A DNA stretch of 64,000 nucleotides from Planctomycetota bacterium. Lineage in GTDB: Bacteria; Planctomycetota; OFTM77. Positions within the stretch are counted from its first letter, which is position 1. The number at the start of each line of letters is the position of its first letter. The stretch is from positions 877-64,876 of the forward strand of contig JAJDCO010000092.1 of the NCBI GenBank assembly GCA_029260795.1, in the 5' to 3' direction. The translations under genes and the position numbers were made by a program. This document shows positions 49,701-61,969 of this stretch, piece by piece. Below the pieces are notes generated by a model, which saw only the letters and a list, made by a program, of their open reading frames with translations, made no database searches and was not told the origin of the DNA.

Positions 49701-50364
49701 AGTCACCGAAGAGGCGCGACCGATTCTCGATCGCCTGCGGCGGCGGACGTTCGTTCCCGAGAGCCTCGGCCTGACGTCGTTCCAGGTGTCGGTCGCCAAT
49801 CCGGGAGCCGGCATCCTCGGCCAATCGAGTGCCCGGCTGAGCTGGTCGGTCGGGAGCTCGCCGACGGTCGCCGTCCGCGACCTCCCCGAGCCGCTACAGT
49901 CGCACCACACCCACGTCGAGCGGGCCTACGTTTTCCTCTTCGATCTGATCCGCAACGATCCCTCGGGTCTCCTGGCTCCGGGTCGGTACGACGTCGAAAA
50001 AACGATGGAGAAGAACGGTGCCACCGTCCTCCTGCTTCGGCCGCCGGGAGACAGCGAGGCCGACGAAGAGATCTGGCTCGCGGTCTCCTCGCAGGGTCGC
50101 CTCGAGCGAATGAGCCGTGTGCGATTCGGAGTCGAGGTCGTGACGCGCTTCGATTGGCGCGAGACTCCGGAGGGCGACGTTCTGTCGAGAATGACGACGG
50201 ACGACTTCGTCTATGGCCAGCCGCAGCTCATCGAGCTGGATTACGGCGAGGGCGTGGAAGGGCTTCCGATGCCGGTCCGCGTCAGGTCGAGCGTGCCCGG
50301 CATCTTCGCGCATTCGTTCGTGTTCGATCTTCGATACGATCACGTCACGCGAGCTCGCCGTTGA
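46720..50364 (+). CDS. secreted multidomain C25 (gingipain-like) cysteine peptidase
   Basis: HLAIVGTPDQIPF, ASDAPYANLD...LAVGRV, NHANQVAWG (His), FGTGC (Cys), NLFGDPAL. Confidence 0.8.
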   Translation: MCRTSTAASLFALLLLAGPTRADDGVFEDARLGVRFSVPEGDWKRTEGESGSSRYVLFERRGAERSRIALQFWPQEGDERSLDDWCDQELSFDRTTQRVEEIVREPRTVGSESARATRYRTGAGDDRASVDATYLRHRGSVFRVSVSAPAAQEGELPALVAAALDGLEWIAIEAEASPPPLELLEPIPGNVLTVVHAGGVDAPYRYLEALPGAAATNGGLPIVLLVDGQLSSMARTFLRQYRPSEIHLDGEPLSELPSATQVERAWGVGGPVVVTARTLTDAVPAAALATRWGVPLLVSGAALADRLARQAPSKIWVAGSVELPDGIEGIRLGDAHDIAGHAGGEYVALCNPGSGAGREIAVFAAALAAAHAGVVLPLDEPVGRLRAKLKPTESVPPGMADSGADRFVVGALRVEGVRRLVAAPVTGELRISGVTSDRFGRPRFDVNGDGRLSADEELKVGSTVQVQGKPFALTVRYQTALGHPGLGEAILQAPDPAEIRKSIRDFARRQKGLTHLAIVGTPDQIPFALLESDSYFTSLDIKQEIASDAPYANLDQDPSLELAVGRVLTADLINGSAVVATTLAYPRCSGPWRERASVLAPGFEKSESRGALHWVWPESEALARSVVAELASAGIETDAFLRDDVELSSVFDSMRQAGWIGHMNHANQVAWGIRPGAHIGTADIPPLEGAPIVFGTGCTSAGIDLGTPLSQTWPGRFFERGAVAYLGNTRPASLGSEIAVQRLFAKLMSEDGVSLGEAYRDGRNLLAHLLEQGHFDPELGARGFDSGMYERLWMQFYNLNLFGDPALTPHLPEAPPTAVQVSFEPNGDRGYRLTINRHSDERIDPLLIMAASGQGTAREAQLLTANGLTYGFVPHFYLEQGELSPLRQPLSVPPGAWVDVALPPEGERLELELVEGAPWVERGFVVEEDPDGTTRLRMFVPLAFAPLESGAGELLSRVTYDVRFSGPTGRPVPSRVPGTFVAATPERVHATDGRVTEEARPILDRLRRRTFVPESLGLTSFQVSVANPGAGILGQSSARLSWSVGSSPTVAVRDLPEPLQSHHTHVERAYVFLFDLIRNDPSGLLAPGRYDVEKTMEKNGATVLLLRPPGDSEADEEIWLAVSSQGRLERMSRVRFGVEVVTRFDWRETPEGDVLSRMTTDDFVYGQPQLIELDYGEGVEGLPMPVRVRSSVPGIFAHSFVFDLRYDHVTRARR

Positions 50365-50421
50365 CGGGACGAGGAGCCGCTCGCGACGACGACGACCATC
50401 GAAGATCGAGGAGAGACGTTC

Positions 50422-50976
50422 ATGGCTGATGTACGAGTGCTCGTTCCGCTCGCACCGGGATTCGAGGAGATCGAGGCGGTCACGATCATCGACGTGCTTC
50501 GACGGGCGGGAGCGGAGGTCACCGTCGCCGGGTTGAAAGAAGCGTCGGTCGAAGGCTCGCACGGAATCCGCATGACCGCGGATGCTCGGCTGGCGGAGGT
50601 CTGCGACCGAGCCTTCGATCTGGTCGTGCTGCCGGGTGGCATGCCCGGGGCGGCCAATCTGCGCGATGACGACAGGGTGCAACAGGTCCTCCAGACGACG
50701 GCTCAGGCTGGGCGGTGGGTGGCGGCGATCTGTGCCGCGCCGATCGCGCTTTCTTCCGCTGGCCTTCTTCGAGGTCGGTCGGCGACGAGCTACCCGAGCT
50801 TCGGCGACCAGCTCGAGGTGGCGACCTATCGCGAGGAGCGGGTGGTCGTCGACGGCAACGTCGTCACCAGCCGCGGTCCCGGCACGGCCCTCGCCTTTGC
50901 GCTCGAGCTGGTCCGGCTCCTGTTCGGCGATGCGGAGCATGCCTCGTTGGCCGAGGCAATGTTGGTCGATCTCTGA
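50422..50976 (+). CDS. DJ-1/PfpI family protein (YajL/ThiJ-like)
   Basis: GFEEIEA, VLPGGMPGA, AAICAAP, TSRGPGTA. Confidence 0.93.
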   Translation: MADVRVLVPLAPGFEEIEAVTIIDVLRRAGAEVTVAGLKEASVEGSHGIRMTADARLAEVCDRAFDLVVLPGGMPGAANLRDDDRVQQVLQTTAQAGRWVAAICAAPIALSSAGLLRGRSATSYPSFGDQLEVATYREERVVVDGNVVTSRGPGTALAFALELVRLLFGDAEHASLAEAMLVDL

Positions 50977-51131
50977 GGCCGCCGGGCGGCACGACTCGCC
51001 CGCCCCGAGTGGGCATCGGCCCGGGTCTCCGGCCATTCAGCTCGAGGGCGAGGCGAGCCGATAGAGAGGGTGGCGGTCTGAGAGGACCCGGCCGCCGGCA
51101 CCTCGGACCCGCACGACCAGGAGAGCCCCCA

Positions 51132-51479
51132 ATGGCCTCGAAGAACACCACCCGCTCTCGAACCGAGAACCGCCGGTCGCCGAGGCTCGATCTCCCTCGC
51201 GGGACTTGGGTCGTTCTCAAGGTCGATCACCCGGATCAAGGATTGGTGATCATGGAAGGAGAGCTGGTGGACATGAGCACGGGGGGCTTCGGCATCCGGG
51301 TCGCGAATGTTCGCGAGAATCGGCTGTCCGAGGGACTTCGCTGCCAAGTTCTCGTCAAGCCGGCGACGTTCGACGAGGAGACGGACTTCGGCGAGGTCGT
51401 GGTGCGGCGCCAGGTGACCCAGGACGAGCTGTTTCTGATCTACGGCATCCAGTCCGTTGACGAGAACGGCGCCGAGTAG
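51132..51479 (+). CDS. PilZ domain protein
   Basis: RRSPR (RxxxR) and DMSTGG (DxSxxG) c-di-GMP motifs. Confidence 0.8.
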   Translation: MASKNTTRSRTENRRSPRLDLPRGTWVVLKVDHPDQGLVIMEGELVDMSTGGFGIRVANVRENRLSEGLRCQVLVKPATFDEETDFGEVVVRRQVTQDELFLIYGIQSVDENGAE

Positions 51480-51671
51480 CCCGATCGCAGGCTTCTCTCG
51501 CAGCTGGGGCGCACGAGGCAGTCGGAGGGCGTCGGACCCGACGAGGCCGCGCTTTCTCTTTCCTTTTTCACGGCTCGACTCTAGAGTCTGGTGCGTTCGA
51601 AGCCTGGGATAGACGGCTCCCGCTTCGACGCCGACCGATTCGCGAATCGCACCGCGAACAAAAGGGAAGAG

Positions 51672-52697
51672 ATGAGCTGGGAGTGGTTCGGGCAGATCGC
51701 GATCTTCGGGAGTGGTCTGTTCCTGCTCCTGAAGTCGGCCGACTTCTTCTGCGACGCCGGGTCCGCGCTCGCCCGGGTGCTCGGTATCTCCGAGCTCGTC
51801 GTCGGCCTGACGATCGTCTCCCTCGGGACGTCATTGCCCGAGCTGGCGGCCTCGGTGACCGGCGCCCTCAGCGGTGAGGTCGGCCTGGCCGTCGGGAACG
51901 TGATCGGCAGCAATATCGCCAACATGGGGCTGGTCCTCGGGGTCACGGTCCTGATCCGGGGCGTCAGCTCCGAGCCTGTGATGGTCTTCCGCGACGGCAT
52001 CGCGATGGTCTTCCTGACCGTCTTGCTCTGCACGATGCTGCTTCTCGGTGATCTCAACTGGGTCTCCGGCGCGATCCTCATCGGGTTCGCGGGGCTCTAC
52101 ACGGGCTTCCTGGTGGCCGACTGCCGGCTGAATCCGCCCGGGACGCATTTCGGTCGGTTCTTCACCTACGTCGCGACGCTCGGGTTTCTCCGTCGGCTTC
52201 CACCGCAGAAGGAATCCGAGAAGGTACCGGCGCCGCCCGGCTCGGATCCGTTGGGACTGCTTCTCGTCAAGCTGTTCGGTAGCCTCGTCGGGGTCGTCGC
52301 CGGCGGCTACCTGTTCGTGCAGTCGGCGCTCTGGATCGCGGACCGGGTCGGTGCGACGGGAGGAGCGATCGGCGTCACCGTCGTCGCTCTGGCCACATCG
52401 TTCCCCGAGCTGATCGTCTCGTGCAAGGCGGCCCTGCGGGGTTACGGCGCGATTGCACTCGGGAACGTGATCGGCAGCAACATCGCCAACATCGGCCTCG
52501 TCCTCGGCGTGACGGCGATGATCTCGCCCGTGCCTGCGACCCCGGCGGTCAGCCAGATGGCTGCGCCCCTCCTGCTGGCGTTCTCCGTCGTGTGCGTGCT
52601 CTTCCTGCGGACGAGCTGGCGCTTGCGACGTTGGGAAGGTGCCGTGCTGATCGCGATGTACCTGCTCCTGATTCCAGTGATCGCCGACAACCTCTGA
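51672..52697 (+). CDS. calcium/sodium antiporter (CaCA, YrbG-like)
   Basis: Two alpha repeats: GTSLPEL..GNVIGSNIAN and ATSFPEL..GNVIGSNIAN. Confidence 0.93.
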   Translation: MSWEWFGQIAIFGSGLFLLLKSADFFCDAGSALARVLGISELVVGLTIVSLGTSLPELAASVTGALSGEVGLAVGNVIGSNIANMGLVLGVTVLIRGVSSEPVMVFRDGIAMVFLTVLLCTMLLLGDLNWVSGAILIGFAGLYTGFLVADCRLNPPGTHFGRFFTYVATLGFLRRLPPQKESEKVPAPPGSDPLGLLLVKLFGSLVGVVAGGYLFVQSALWIADRVGATGGAIGVTVVALATSFPELIVSCKAALRGYGAIALGNVIGSNIANIGLVLGVTAMISPVPATPAVSQMAAPLLLAFSVVCVLFLRTSWRLRRWEGAVLIAMYLLLIPVIADNL

Positions 52698-52727
52698 GCC
52701 TCGATTCCGCTCGGTCGAGGTGCCCCG

Positions 52728-52830
52728 AAATAAGGAACGAGGCGACCGCCCGGGGGAGAGCGGCGCCTCGTTCGCGAGGGAAGAGCGCGTTGCATCTGCG
52801 GCCGCCAGGAGCTGCGGCGCAGGAGTCGCG
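52728..52830 (-). ncRNA. candidate sigma54-dependent small RNA with CU-rich loops
   Basis: Three successive hairpins with CUCCU, CUCUUCCCU and UCCCCC loops, the last followed by CUUAUUU. Lies directly downstream of a -24/-12 promoter. Confidence 0.55.
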
Positions 52831-52840
52831 CTAGGGAATC

Positions 52841-52855
52841 GCAACTGGCCTGCCA
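52841..52855 (-). promoter_or_regulatory. sigma54 (-24/-12) promoter
   Basis: Minus-strand TGGCAGGCCAGTTGC (GG-N10-GC). IHF-like site at 52883-52895 and GTCTC/GAGAC repeats at 52945-52987 upstream. Confidence 0.6.
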
Positions 52856-53240
52856 TCGATCAAAATCGGGCGGCATGTTCTTCAAAGCCTTGTTGGTGCA
52901 TGGTTTGTGGCCACGATCGCTTCCGAGGTCGTACGAGGGACACCGTCTCGCTTCGAGACTCACCCTGAGACGGCTCCGAATCGAGACGCCCTGCCGCCGG
53001 GGAGAACCACCGGGCTCCGAAGCCGAGCCGAGTCTTCCTTCAGCTCTTCCTCGAGACAGCGTCCTCGAGTCGATCGGTGTCGGAGTCGTTCCCGGCCCGG
53101 TCCAGCAGCCACCGGCTTCGCGAAACGGGGAGCGGAGGTTTGCTCTCCCCGAGCGATCGTCCTAGACTCGCCGCTCCTCCGCCCGCAGGACTCGATGTCG
53201 GGTCTCGTCGGGGTGGGAGAGCCGAGAAGAAGGAGACGCG

Positions 53241-53522
53241 ATGATCACGGTCGGAATGAACTACCAGGTGCTGCCGGGAAAAGAAGAGGTCTTCGAGAAT
53301 GCCTTCCGCGGCGTGCTGGTCGCGATGAATGAGATGGAAGGTCACGTCAAGTCGCATCTCTATCGCGACGTCGACAACGCCCAGAGCTATGTGATCCTCT
53401 CGGAATGGAACGACGAGGAGGCCTTCCAAAGCTTCATCCGCTCCGAGCGATTTGCCCAGGTCACGAACTGGGGTAAGGAGCAGATCCTCGCCGGTCGTCC
53501 GGCTCACCAGGTCTATCGTTGA
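53241..53522 (+). CDS. antibiotic biosynthesis monooxygenase (ABM) family protein
   Basis: V.PGKEEVFE..F...GH..SHLY...YVILSEW..EEAFQSF..SERF. AAGGAG RBS. Confidence 0.88.
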   Translation: MITVGMNYQVLPGKEEVFENAFRGVLVAMNEMEGHVKSHLYRDVDNAQSYVILSEWNDEEAFQSFIRSERFAQVTNWGKEQILAGRPAHQVYR

Positions 53523-53605
53523 GGCCCGGACTCCGCTGCCGTCTCGCACTCGAGACCCCCGCACCCGAGCCACGTGCCTCAGTGGGCGAGTGACGGAGAA
53601 AGCGC

Positions 53606-53634
53606 TTGAAAACGGCCCGGACCGTCGATAATCT
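53606..53634 (+). promoter_or_regulatory. sigma70-type promoter of tRNA-Gln
   Basis: TTGAAA-N17-TAATCT. Confidence 0.55.
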
Positions 53635-53665
53635 CACCGCTGATTCGCGCTCAGCTCCACAATGA

Positions 53666-53740
53666 TCCCGGATCGTCTAATTGGTAGGACACCAGATTCT
53701 GGTTCTGGCAGTCGGGGTTCGAGTCCCTGTCCGGGAACCA
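53666..53740 (+). tRNA. tRNA-Gln (CTG)
   Basis: Acceptor stem TCCCGGA/TCCGGGA, anticodon arm CCAGA-TTCTGGT-TCTGG, GGTTCGAGTCC T-loop, encoded CCA. Confidence 0.96.
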
Positions 53741-53744
53741 AAAA

Positions 53745-53779
53745 GAGACAGGCGGAGGCACTCGCTTCCGCCTGTTTCC
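53745..53779. terminator. bidirectional terminator between tRNA-Gln and gltX
   Basis: ACAGGCGGAGGC-ACTC-GCTTCCGCCTGT flanked by A-rich and T-rich sides. Confidence 0.7.
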
Positions 53780-53825
53780 ATTGGTTCCGCCGTTGCTTCC
53801 GAGCCGCGACCTTCGCCGATTGCGG

Positions 53826-55307
53826 TCAGGGCTTGCCGCTGACCGGATAGAGCGACAAGGCGCGATCGATGCGAGCCAGTGCTTCGTCCTTGCCGAGCAG
53901 GTAGACGATGTCGAAGAGGCCCGGGCCTTGGATGCGACCGGAAAGGGCGGCGCGGACCGGATGGACGAGCTGGCCGAACTTCATCTCTTGGGACTCGCAG
54001 AAGGCGCGGGCCTCCGCCTCGAGCTTGTCGGTCGATGAGAAGTCGGCGTTGGCGAGCAGCTCGCGGTAGGCGGCCAGTCGCTCGGAGGCACCTTCATTCT
54101 GCAGCTTCTGGACGGCCTTCTCCTCGTACTCGACCGCATCGGTCGATTGGAAGAAGTACTCGGTGAGCTCCGGGAGCTCGGGGAGTCGGCGGAATCGCTG
54201 CTGGAAGGCGGCGACGAGCTCTTCGATCCACGGACGTCGCTCGCGGGCCGTGGCCTCATCGATCTGTCCCGCAGCGATCAAGGTCGGCAGGGCGAGGTCG
54301 GTGAGCTCGGGGGTCGGCTTCTGCCGGACGTACTCGCCACCGAACCAGTCGAGCTTGGCGGGGTCGAAGATCGACGGGCTCTTGGAGACCTTTTCGAGGC
54401 TGAACTTCTCGATCAGCTCAGGACCGGTGAAGAGTGTCGACTTGTCGTCGAAGGACCATCCCAGCAGCGCCAGGAAGTTGGTGAAGGCCTCGGGCAGGTA
54501 TCCGGCCTCGCGGTAGTCGAGGACGGACACGGAACCGTGCCGCTTGGAGAGCTTCTTCTTGTCGGGGCCGAAGATGAGAGGGATGTGGGCGTAGATCGGT
54601 CGCTCGAAGCCGAGGGCCTCCGTCATGAGGGCTTGCTTGACGGTGTTGGTGAAGTGGTCGTCCCCGCGAATGACGTGCGTGATGCGCATGTCGGCATCGT
54701 CGATGCAGACGACGAAGTTGTAGGTGGGGTTGTCGTCGGAGCGGAGGAGGATGAAGTCGTCGACCTCCTTGTTCTGCACCTCGACCTTGCCCTTGATGCG
54801 ATCCTCGATCACGGTGCTGCCGTCGGGGACGCGAAATCGGACCACGAAGGGCATCTTTGCGGCGAGGTTCGCTTCGATCTCTTGGGTCGAGAGCTTGAGG
54901 CCGCGTCGATCATAGTGCGGCTGCTCGCCGCGCGACTTCTGCTCCTCGCGCATCGCCTCGAGCTCCTCGGGCGTGGCGAAGCATCGGTAGGCCTTCCCCT
55001 CGTTGAGGAGTCGCTCGACGTGCGGGCGATAGACGTCGCCGCGCTCGCTCTGGAAGTATGGGCCATGGGGCCCGCCGACCTCGGGACCTTCATCCCATTC
55101 GAGCCCGAGCCAACGCAGGGCATCGAGGATGATCTGGACGTTCTCGGGCGTGGAACGCTCACGGTCGGTGTCTTCGATCCGGAGGACGAACGTGCCCCCG
55201 TGCTGGCGCGCGAAGAGCCAATTGTAGAGCGCCGTGCGGGCGCCACCGATGTGCAGGTAGCCGGTGGGCGACGGAGCGAATCGAACTCGAACGGTCATGG
55301 GATCCAT
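53826..55307 (-). CDS. gltX: glutamate--tRNA ligase
   Basis: RFAPSPTGYLHIGG, LRIEDTD, ITHVIRGDDH, KLSKR. Confidence 0.98.
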   Translation of the reverse strand: MDPMTVRVRFAPSPTGYLHIGGARTALYNWLFARQHGGTFVLRIEDTDRERSTPENVQIILDALRWLGLEWDEGPEVGGPHGPYFQSERGDVYRPHVERLLNEGKAYRCFATPEELEAMREEQKSRGEQPHYDRRGLKLSTQEIEANLAAKMPFVVRFRVPDGSTVIEDRIKGKVEVQNKEVDDFILLRSDDNPTYNFVVCIDDADMRITHVIRGDDHFTNTVKQALMTEALGFERPIYAHIPLIFGPDKKKLSKRHGSVSVLDYREAGYLPEAFTNFLALLGWSFDDKSTLFTGPELIEKFSLEKVSKSPSIFDPAKLDWFGGEYVRQKPTPELTDLALPTLIAAGQIDEATARERRPWIEELVAAFQQRFRRLPELPELTEYFFQSTDAVEYEEKAVQKLQNEGASERLAAYRELLANADFSSTDKLEAEARAFCESQEMKFGQLVHPVRAALSGRIQGPGLFDIVYLLGKDEALARIDRALSLYPVSGKP

Positions 55308-55359
55308 CCTGCTGCGGTGGTGCTCGGAAGCGGTCGAGGGGTGCCGCCCTCGGCGAGGG

Positions 55360-57174
55360 TCATTTTCCGACGCGGGAGAGCTTCCGGCGATCGTTCTCTT
55401 TGAGGTGTCGCTTGCGCAGTCGCACGGACTTCGGCGTCACCTCGACCAGCTCGTCCTCGGCGATGTGCTCGAGTGCTTCCTCGAGGTTGATATCGCGGGC
55501 CGCTGGCAGCGGGACGTTCTTCTCGGCGGCCGCGGCTCGCACGTTGGTCAGCTTCTTGAGACGGCAGACGTTCACGGCGATGTCGTCGGTCTTGCAGTTC
55601 TCGCCGACGACCTGCCCCTCGTAGACGTGATCACCTGGGCGGACGAACATGAGCCCGCGATCTCGAAGGCCTTCCAGAGCGTAGGCCGTGACGGATCCGG
55701 TCGAGTGGGACACGAGCGCTCCGTTGGTCCGCGATGGCATCGGCCCCTTGAAGAACTCGTACTGGTAGAAGTTGTGGTGCAGGATCGCCTCACCGTTGGT
55801 GGCGCTGAGGAGTCGAGAGCGAATACCGATCAGCCCTCGGGCCGGCACTCGATACTCGAGGTGGACCATGCCCTTCTTGTTGTCCATCAGAGCCAGCTCG
55901 CCGCGGCGCCCGCCGAGCATCTCGATGACCTTGCCCGAGACTGGCTCGGGCACCTCGCAGACGACCCACTCGATCGGCTCGGCCTTCTTGCCCTCGATCT
56001 CCTTGAAGATCACGTGCGGCCGCGAGACGCCGAACTCGTAACCTTCGCGGCGCATGTTCTCGATCAAGATTCCGAGGTGGAGCACGCCGCGTCCCGATAC
56101 CAGGAAGGAGTCCGACTCGTCGAGGTCCTCGACCCGGAGCGCCACGTTCGAGCGCAGCTCGCGGTGGAGGCGGTCTCGGAGCTGGCGAGAAGTGACGTAC
56201 TTGCCGTCACGGCCGGCGAACGGGCTGTTGTTGATCGAGAACAGCATCGAGATCGTCGGCTCGTCGACGCTCACGATCGGCAAGGGCTTCGGGTTCTCCA
56301 GGTCGGCGATCGTATCGCCGATGTCGGCAGACTGGATGCCCTGGATCGCGCAGATGTCTCCGGCTGACATCTCCTTGGCGGCCTCGCGACCGAGTCCGAC
56401 GAAGGCGAACAGCCCGGCCACCGATTCGGTCTGCTGGCTGCCGTCCCGCTTGATGAGCATCACGCGCTGACCGACTCTCACCTTGCCGGCGAAGATCCGA
56501 CCGATGCCGATGCGGCCGACGTAGTCGTTGTAGTCGAGCGTCGTGACCAGGATCTGCAGCGGAGCGTCAGGGTCATCCTGCGGAGCCGGGATCTTCTCGA
56601 GGATCGTGTCGAAGAGCGGCTTCAGGTCGACGCCGTGATCGTGGGCCTCGATCATGGCGATCCCGTCGCGGCCCGAGGCGTAGACGACGGGGAAGTCGAG
56701 CTGCTGGTCGTTGGCGTCCAGCTCGAGGAAGAGCTCGAAGACCTCGTCGAGGACCTCGTGAGGTCGAGCATCCTGACGGTCGATCTTGTTGATCACCACG
56801 ATCGGCTGAAGACCGGTCTCGAGAGCCTTTCGCAGCACGAACCGGGTCTGCGGCATCGGACCTTCGAAGGCATCGACCAGCAACAGCACGCCGGTCGCCA
56901 TCTTCAGCACACGCTCCACCTCGCCACCGAAGTCGGCGTGGCCGGGTGTGTCGATCAGGTTGATCTTCACGTCCTGGTAGCGGATCGAGATGTTCTTCGA
57001 GAGGATGGTGATGCCACGCTCCCGCTCGATCGCGTTGGAGTCCAGCACGCGCTCGATGATCGCCTCATTGTCGCGGAAGAGCCCACTCTGCTGGAGCATC
57101 TGGTCGACGAGGGTCGTCTTGCCATGATCGACGTGCGCGATGATCGCGACGTTTCGGAGAGCCGGTGAGCTCAC
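55360..57174 (-). CDS. typA: translational GTPase TypA/BipA
   Basis: [57 protein letters not shown]. Confidence 0.98.
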   Translation of the reverse strand: MSSPALRNVAIIAHVDHGKTTLVDQMLQQSGLFRDNEAIIERVLDSNAIERERGITILSKNISIRYQDVKINLIDTPGHADFGGEVERVLKMATGVLLLVDAFEGPMPQTRFVLRKALETGLQPIVVINKIDRQDARPHEVLDEVFELFLELDANDQQLDFPVVYASGRDGIAMIEAHDHGVDLKPLFDTILEKIPAPQDDPDAPLQILVTTLDYNDYVGRIGIGRIFAGKVRVGQRVMLIKRDGSQQTESVAGLFAFVGLGREAAKEMSAGDICAIQGIQSADIGDTIADLENPKPLPIVSVDEPTISMLFSINNSPFAGRDGKYVTSRQLRDRLHRELRSNVALRVEDLDESDSFLVSGRGVLHLGILIENMRREGYEFGVSRPHVIFKEIEGKKAEPIEWVVCEVPEPVSGKVIEMLGGRRGELALMDNKKGMVHLEYRVPARGLIGIRSRLLSATNGEAILHHNFYQYEFFKGPMPSRTNGALVSHSTGSVTAYALEGLRDRGLMFVRPGDHVYEGQVVGENCKTDDIAVNVCRLKKLTNVRAAAAEKNVPLPAARDINLEEALEHIAEDELVEVTPKSVRLRKRHLKENDRRKLSRVGK

Positions 57175-57411
57175 AGTTGGGTCCTCGAGAGAGCCCTGGG
57201 AAGAGAGTCCGCAGGGTGGGGATAAAAGCGGCCACTATAGCGCGTTGCCGGGTCCTTCGCCAGGAGGCGGATTGGACTTGCCCGAACATGGATCGTCGGC
57301 CGACGAGCCCGGGGGCCTTCGATGGGCGGCCTCCGTTGCGGGAGCCGAGTCCTCCGAGTAGGCTGGCGCGCTGGGCAAGAGCCCCGGATGACCCCATCGA
57401 ACTCGGAGCAG

Positions 57412-58830
57412 ATGATGACTCGGACCTCGCGCGCTCGTCGATTCGCCTTCGCGATCCTCACGGCCTCCGCCGGATTCGCCACCAGCTGCGGACAGGAAGA
57501 GGAGCCCGCCGAGCCGATCAACGTCGTCCTGATCTCGATCGACACCCTGCGCCCGGATCATCTGGGTACCTATGGATACGAGCGGATCACCTCTCCCCGG
57601 ATCGATGCGATCGCGAAGACCGGCGTCGTCTTCGAGAACGCCTTCAGCCAATCCCCCAAGACCGGTCCGTCGCACATGACGATGATGACGGGCCTCTTTC
57701 CCGAGACCCATGGAGTCCGGAACCTCGGCGATGAGCCGAATCTCCGGCTCAGCGACTCCATTCCGGTCCTGGCCGAGCTCTTGAAGAAGGCCAACTACCA
57801 GACCGCCGCCTTCACCGGCGGCGCCCACGTCGGCAAGGAGCTCGGCTTCGACCGCGGCTTCGACGTCTTCGAGGTGGGGGGCGGCGTGCAAGGCATCTTT
57901 CAAAAGGCCATCGATCAGGCCGAGCAGATGTCCAAGCGACCGGACCCGTTCTTCCTCTTCGTGCACACCTTCGAGGTGCATGATCCCTACGTGCCGCCGG
58001 TCAAGTACCAGGAATGGAACGACCCGAGCTACCAGGGCGACATCTTCAGCTCACGGCGGGAGCTCAAGACTGCGGCCGGCGATCAGTGGCAGAAGCAGCA
58101 CGAGCTGTTCTGGAGCAAGGTCGATCCCGAGAGGCCGGGAGACATTCAACGCCTCCAAGATCTCTACGACGGATCCATCAAGCTCACCGATGAGCTGGTG
58201 GGCCTGCTCTCCGATCGTCTCGCCGCTTTCGGCGAGCTCGACAACACGCTCTTCATCATCGTCTCGGACCATGGCGAGGAGTTCTACGAGCACGAAGGCT
58301 TCCTGCACGAGGCGCTCTTCAACGAGGTGCTCCGCGTCGTCTTCGTCGCCAAGCTACCCAAGGACCGCTCGACCCAGAGTGCCCAACGCATTGCGCAGCC
58401 CGTTCGCCTCGTCGACCTGACTCCCACCGTGCTGCGGTTCCTCGACCTGCCCACTCCCGAGCTCCAGCAAGGCGTCGATCTCCTGCCGCTGCTGCGCGGT
58501 GAGAGCACCGACGAGCTGAGGCCGATCTATGCCCAGTGGCCGCGCTCTTTCATGTACTCCCTCGAGACCGGAGGCTGGAAGCTCATCCAGAAAGAGCATG
58601 AAGAAGGCGTCGACGAGATGCTCTTCGAGATGAGCAACGATCCCGGCGAGAAGAGCTCGCTGCTCGAAGCGAAGCCGGAGCCGGCGACACGCCTTCGCGA
58701 GCGGTTGACCGAGATCCGCGAGGTCAGCAAGAAGCTGAACTCGCTCTTCGGTACCGGGGCCGAAGCTCCGATGAGCGAGGAGCTCAGGAAGCAGCTCGAA
58801 TCGCTCGGCTACATCGGCAAGAAGAAGTGA
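57412..58830 (+). CDS. sulfatase-like (alkaline phosphatase superfamily) lipoprotein
   Basis: ATSC lipobox, NVVLISIDTLRPDHL, SPKTGPSHMTMMTG, SDHGEEF, LESLGYI tail. Confidence 0.9.
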   Translation: MMTRTSRARRFAFAILTASAGFATSCGQEEEPAEPINVVLISIDTLRPDHLGTYGYERITSPRIDAIAKTGVVFENAFSQSPKTGPSHMTMMTGLFPETHGVRNLGDEPNLRLSDSIPVLAELLKKANYQTAAFTGGAHVGKELGFDRGFDVFEVGGGVQGIFQKAIDQAEQMSKRPDPFFLFVHTFEVHDPYVPPVKYQEWNDPSYQGDIFSSRRELKTAAGDQWQKQHELFWSKVDPERPGDIQRLQDLYDGSIKLTDELVGLLSDRLAAFGELDNTLFIIVSDHGEEFYEHEGFLHEALFNEVLRVVFVAKLPKDRSTQSAQRIAQPVRLVDLTPTVLRFLDLPTPELQQGVDLLPLLRGESTDELRPIYAQWPRSFMYSLETGGWKLIQKEHEEGVDEMLFEMSNDPGEKSSLLEAKPEPATRLRERLTEIREVSKKLNSLFGTGAEAPMSEELRKQLESLGYIGKKK

Positions 58831-58924
58831 CCCCTCGATCGAAGGCACGGCGATTCCGCCTCTCGACCCGGGGACCAGGGGCAGGTCTGAAGGCCAGCGA
58901 CTCCGGTTCCGCGGGCGTCGTCGT

Positions 58925-61969
<3,045 letters not shown>

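Noticed and set aside
38037-53740. tRNA-anchored genomic island or prophage
   Set aside because: No duplicated tRNA 3' end noticed, and no integrase or phage genes.
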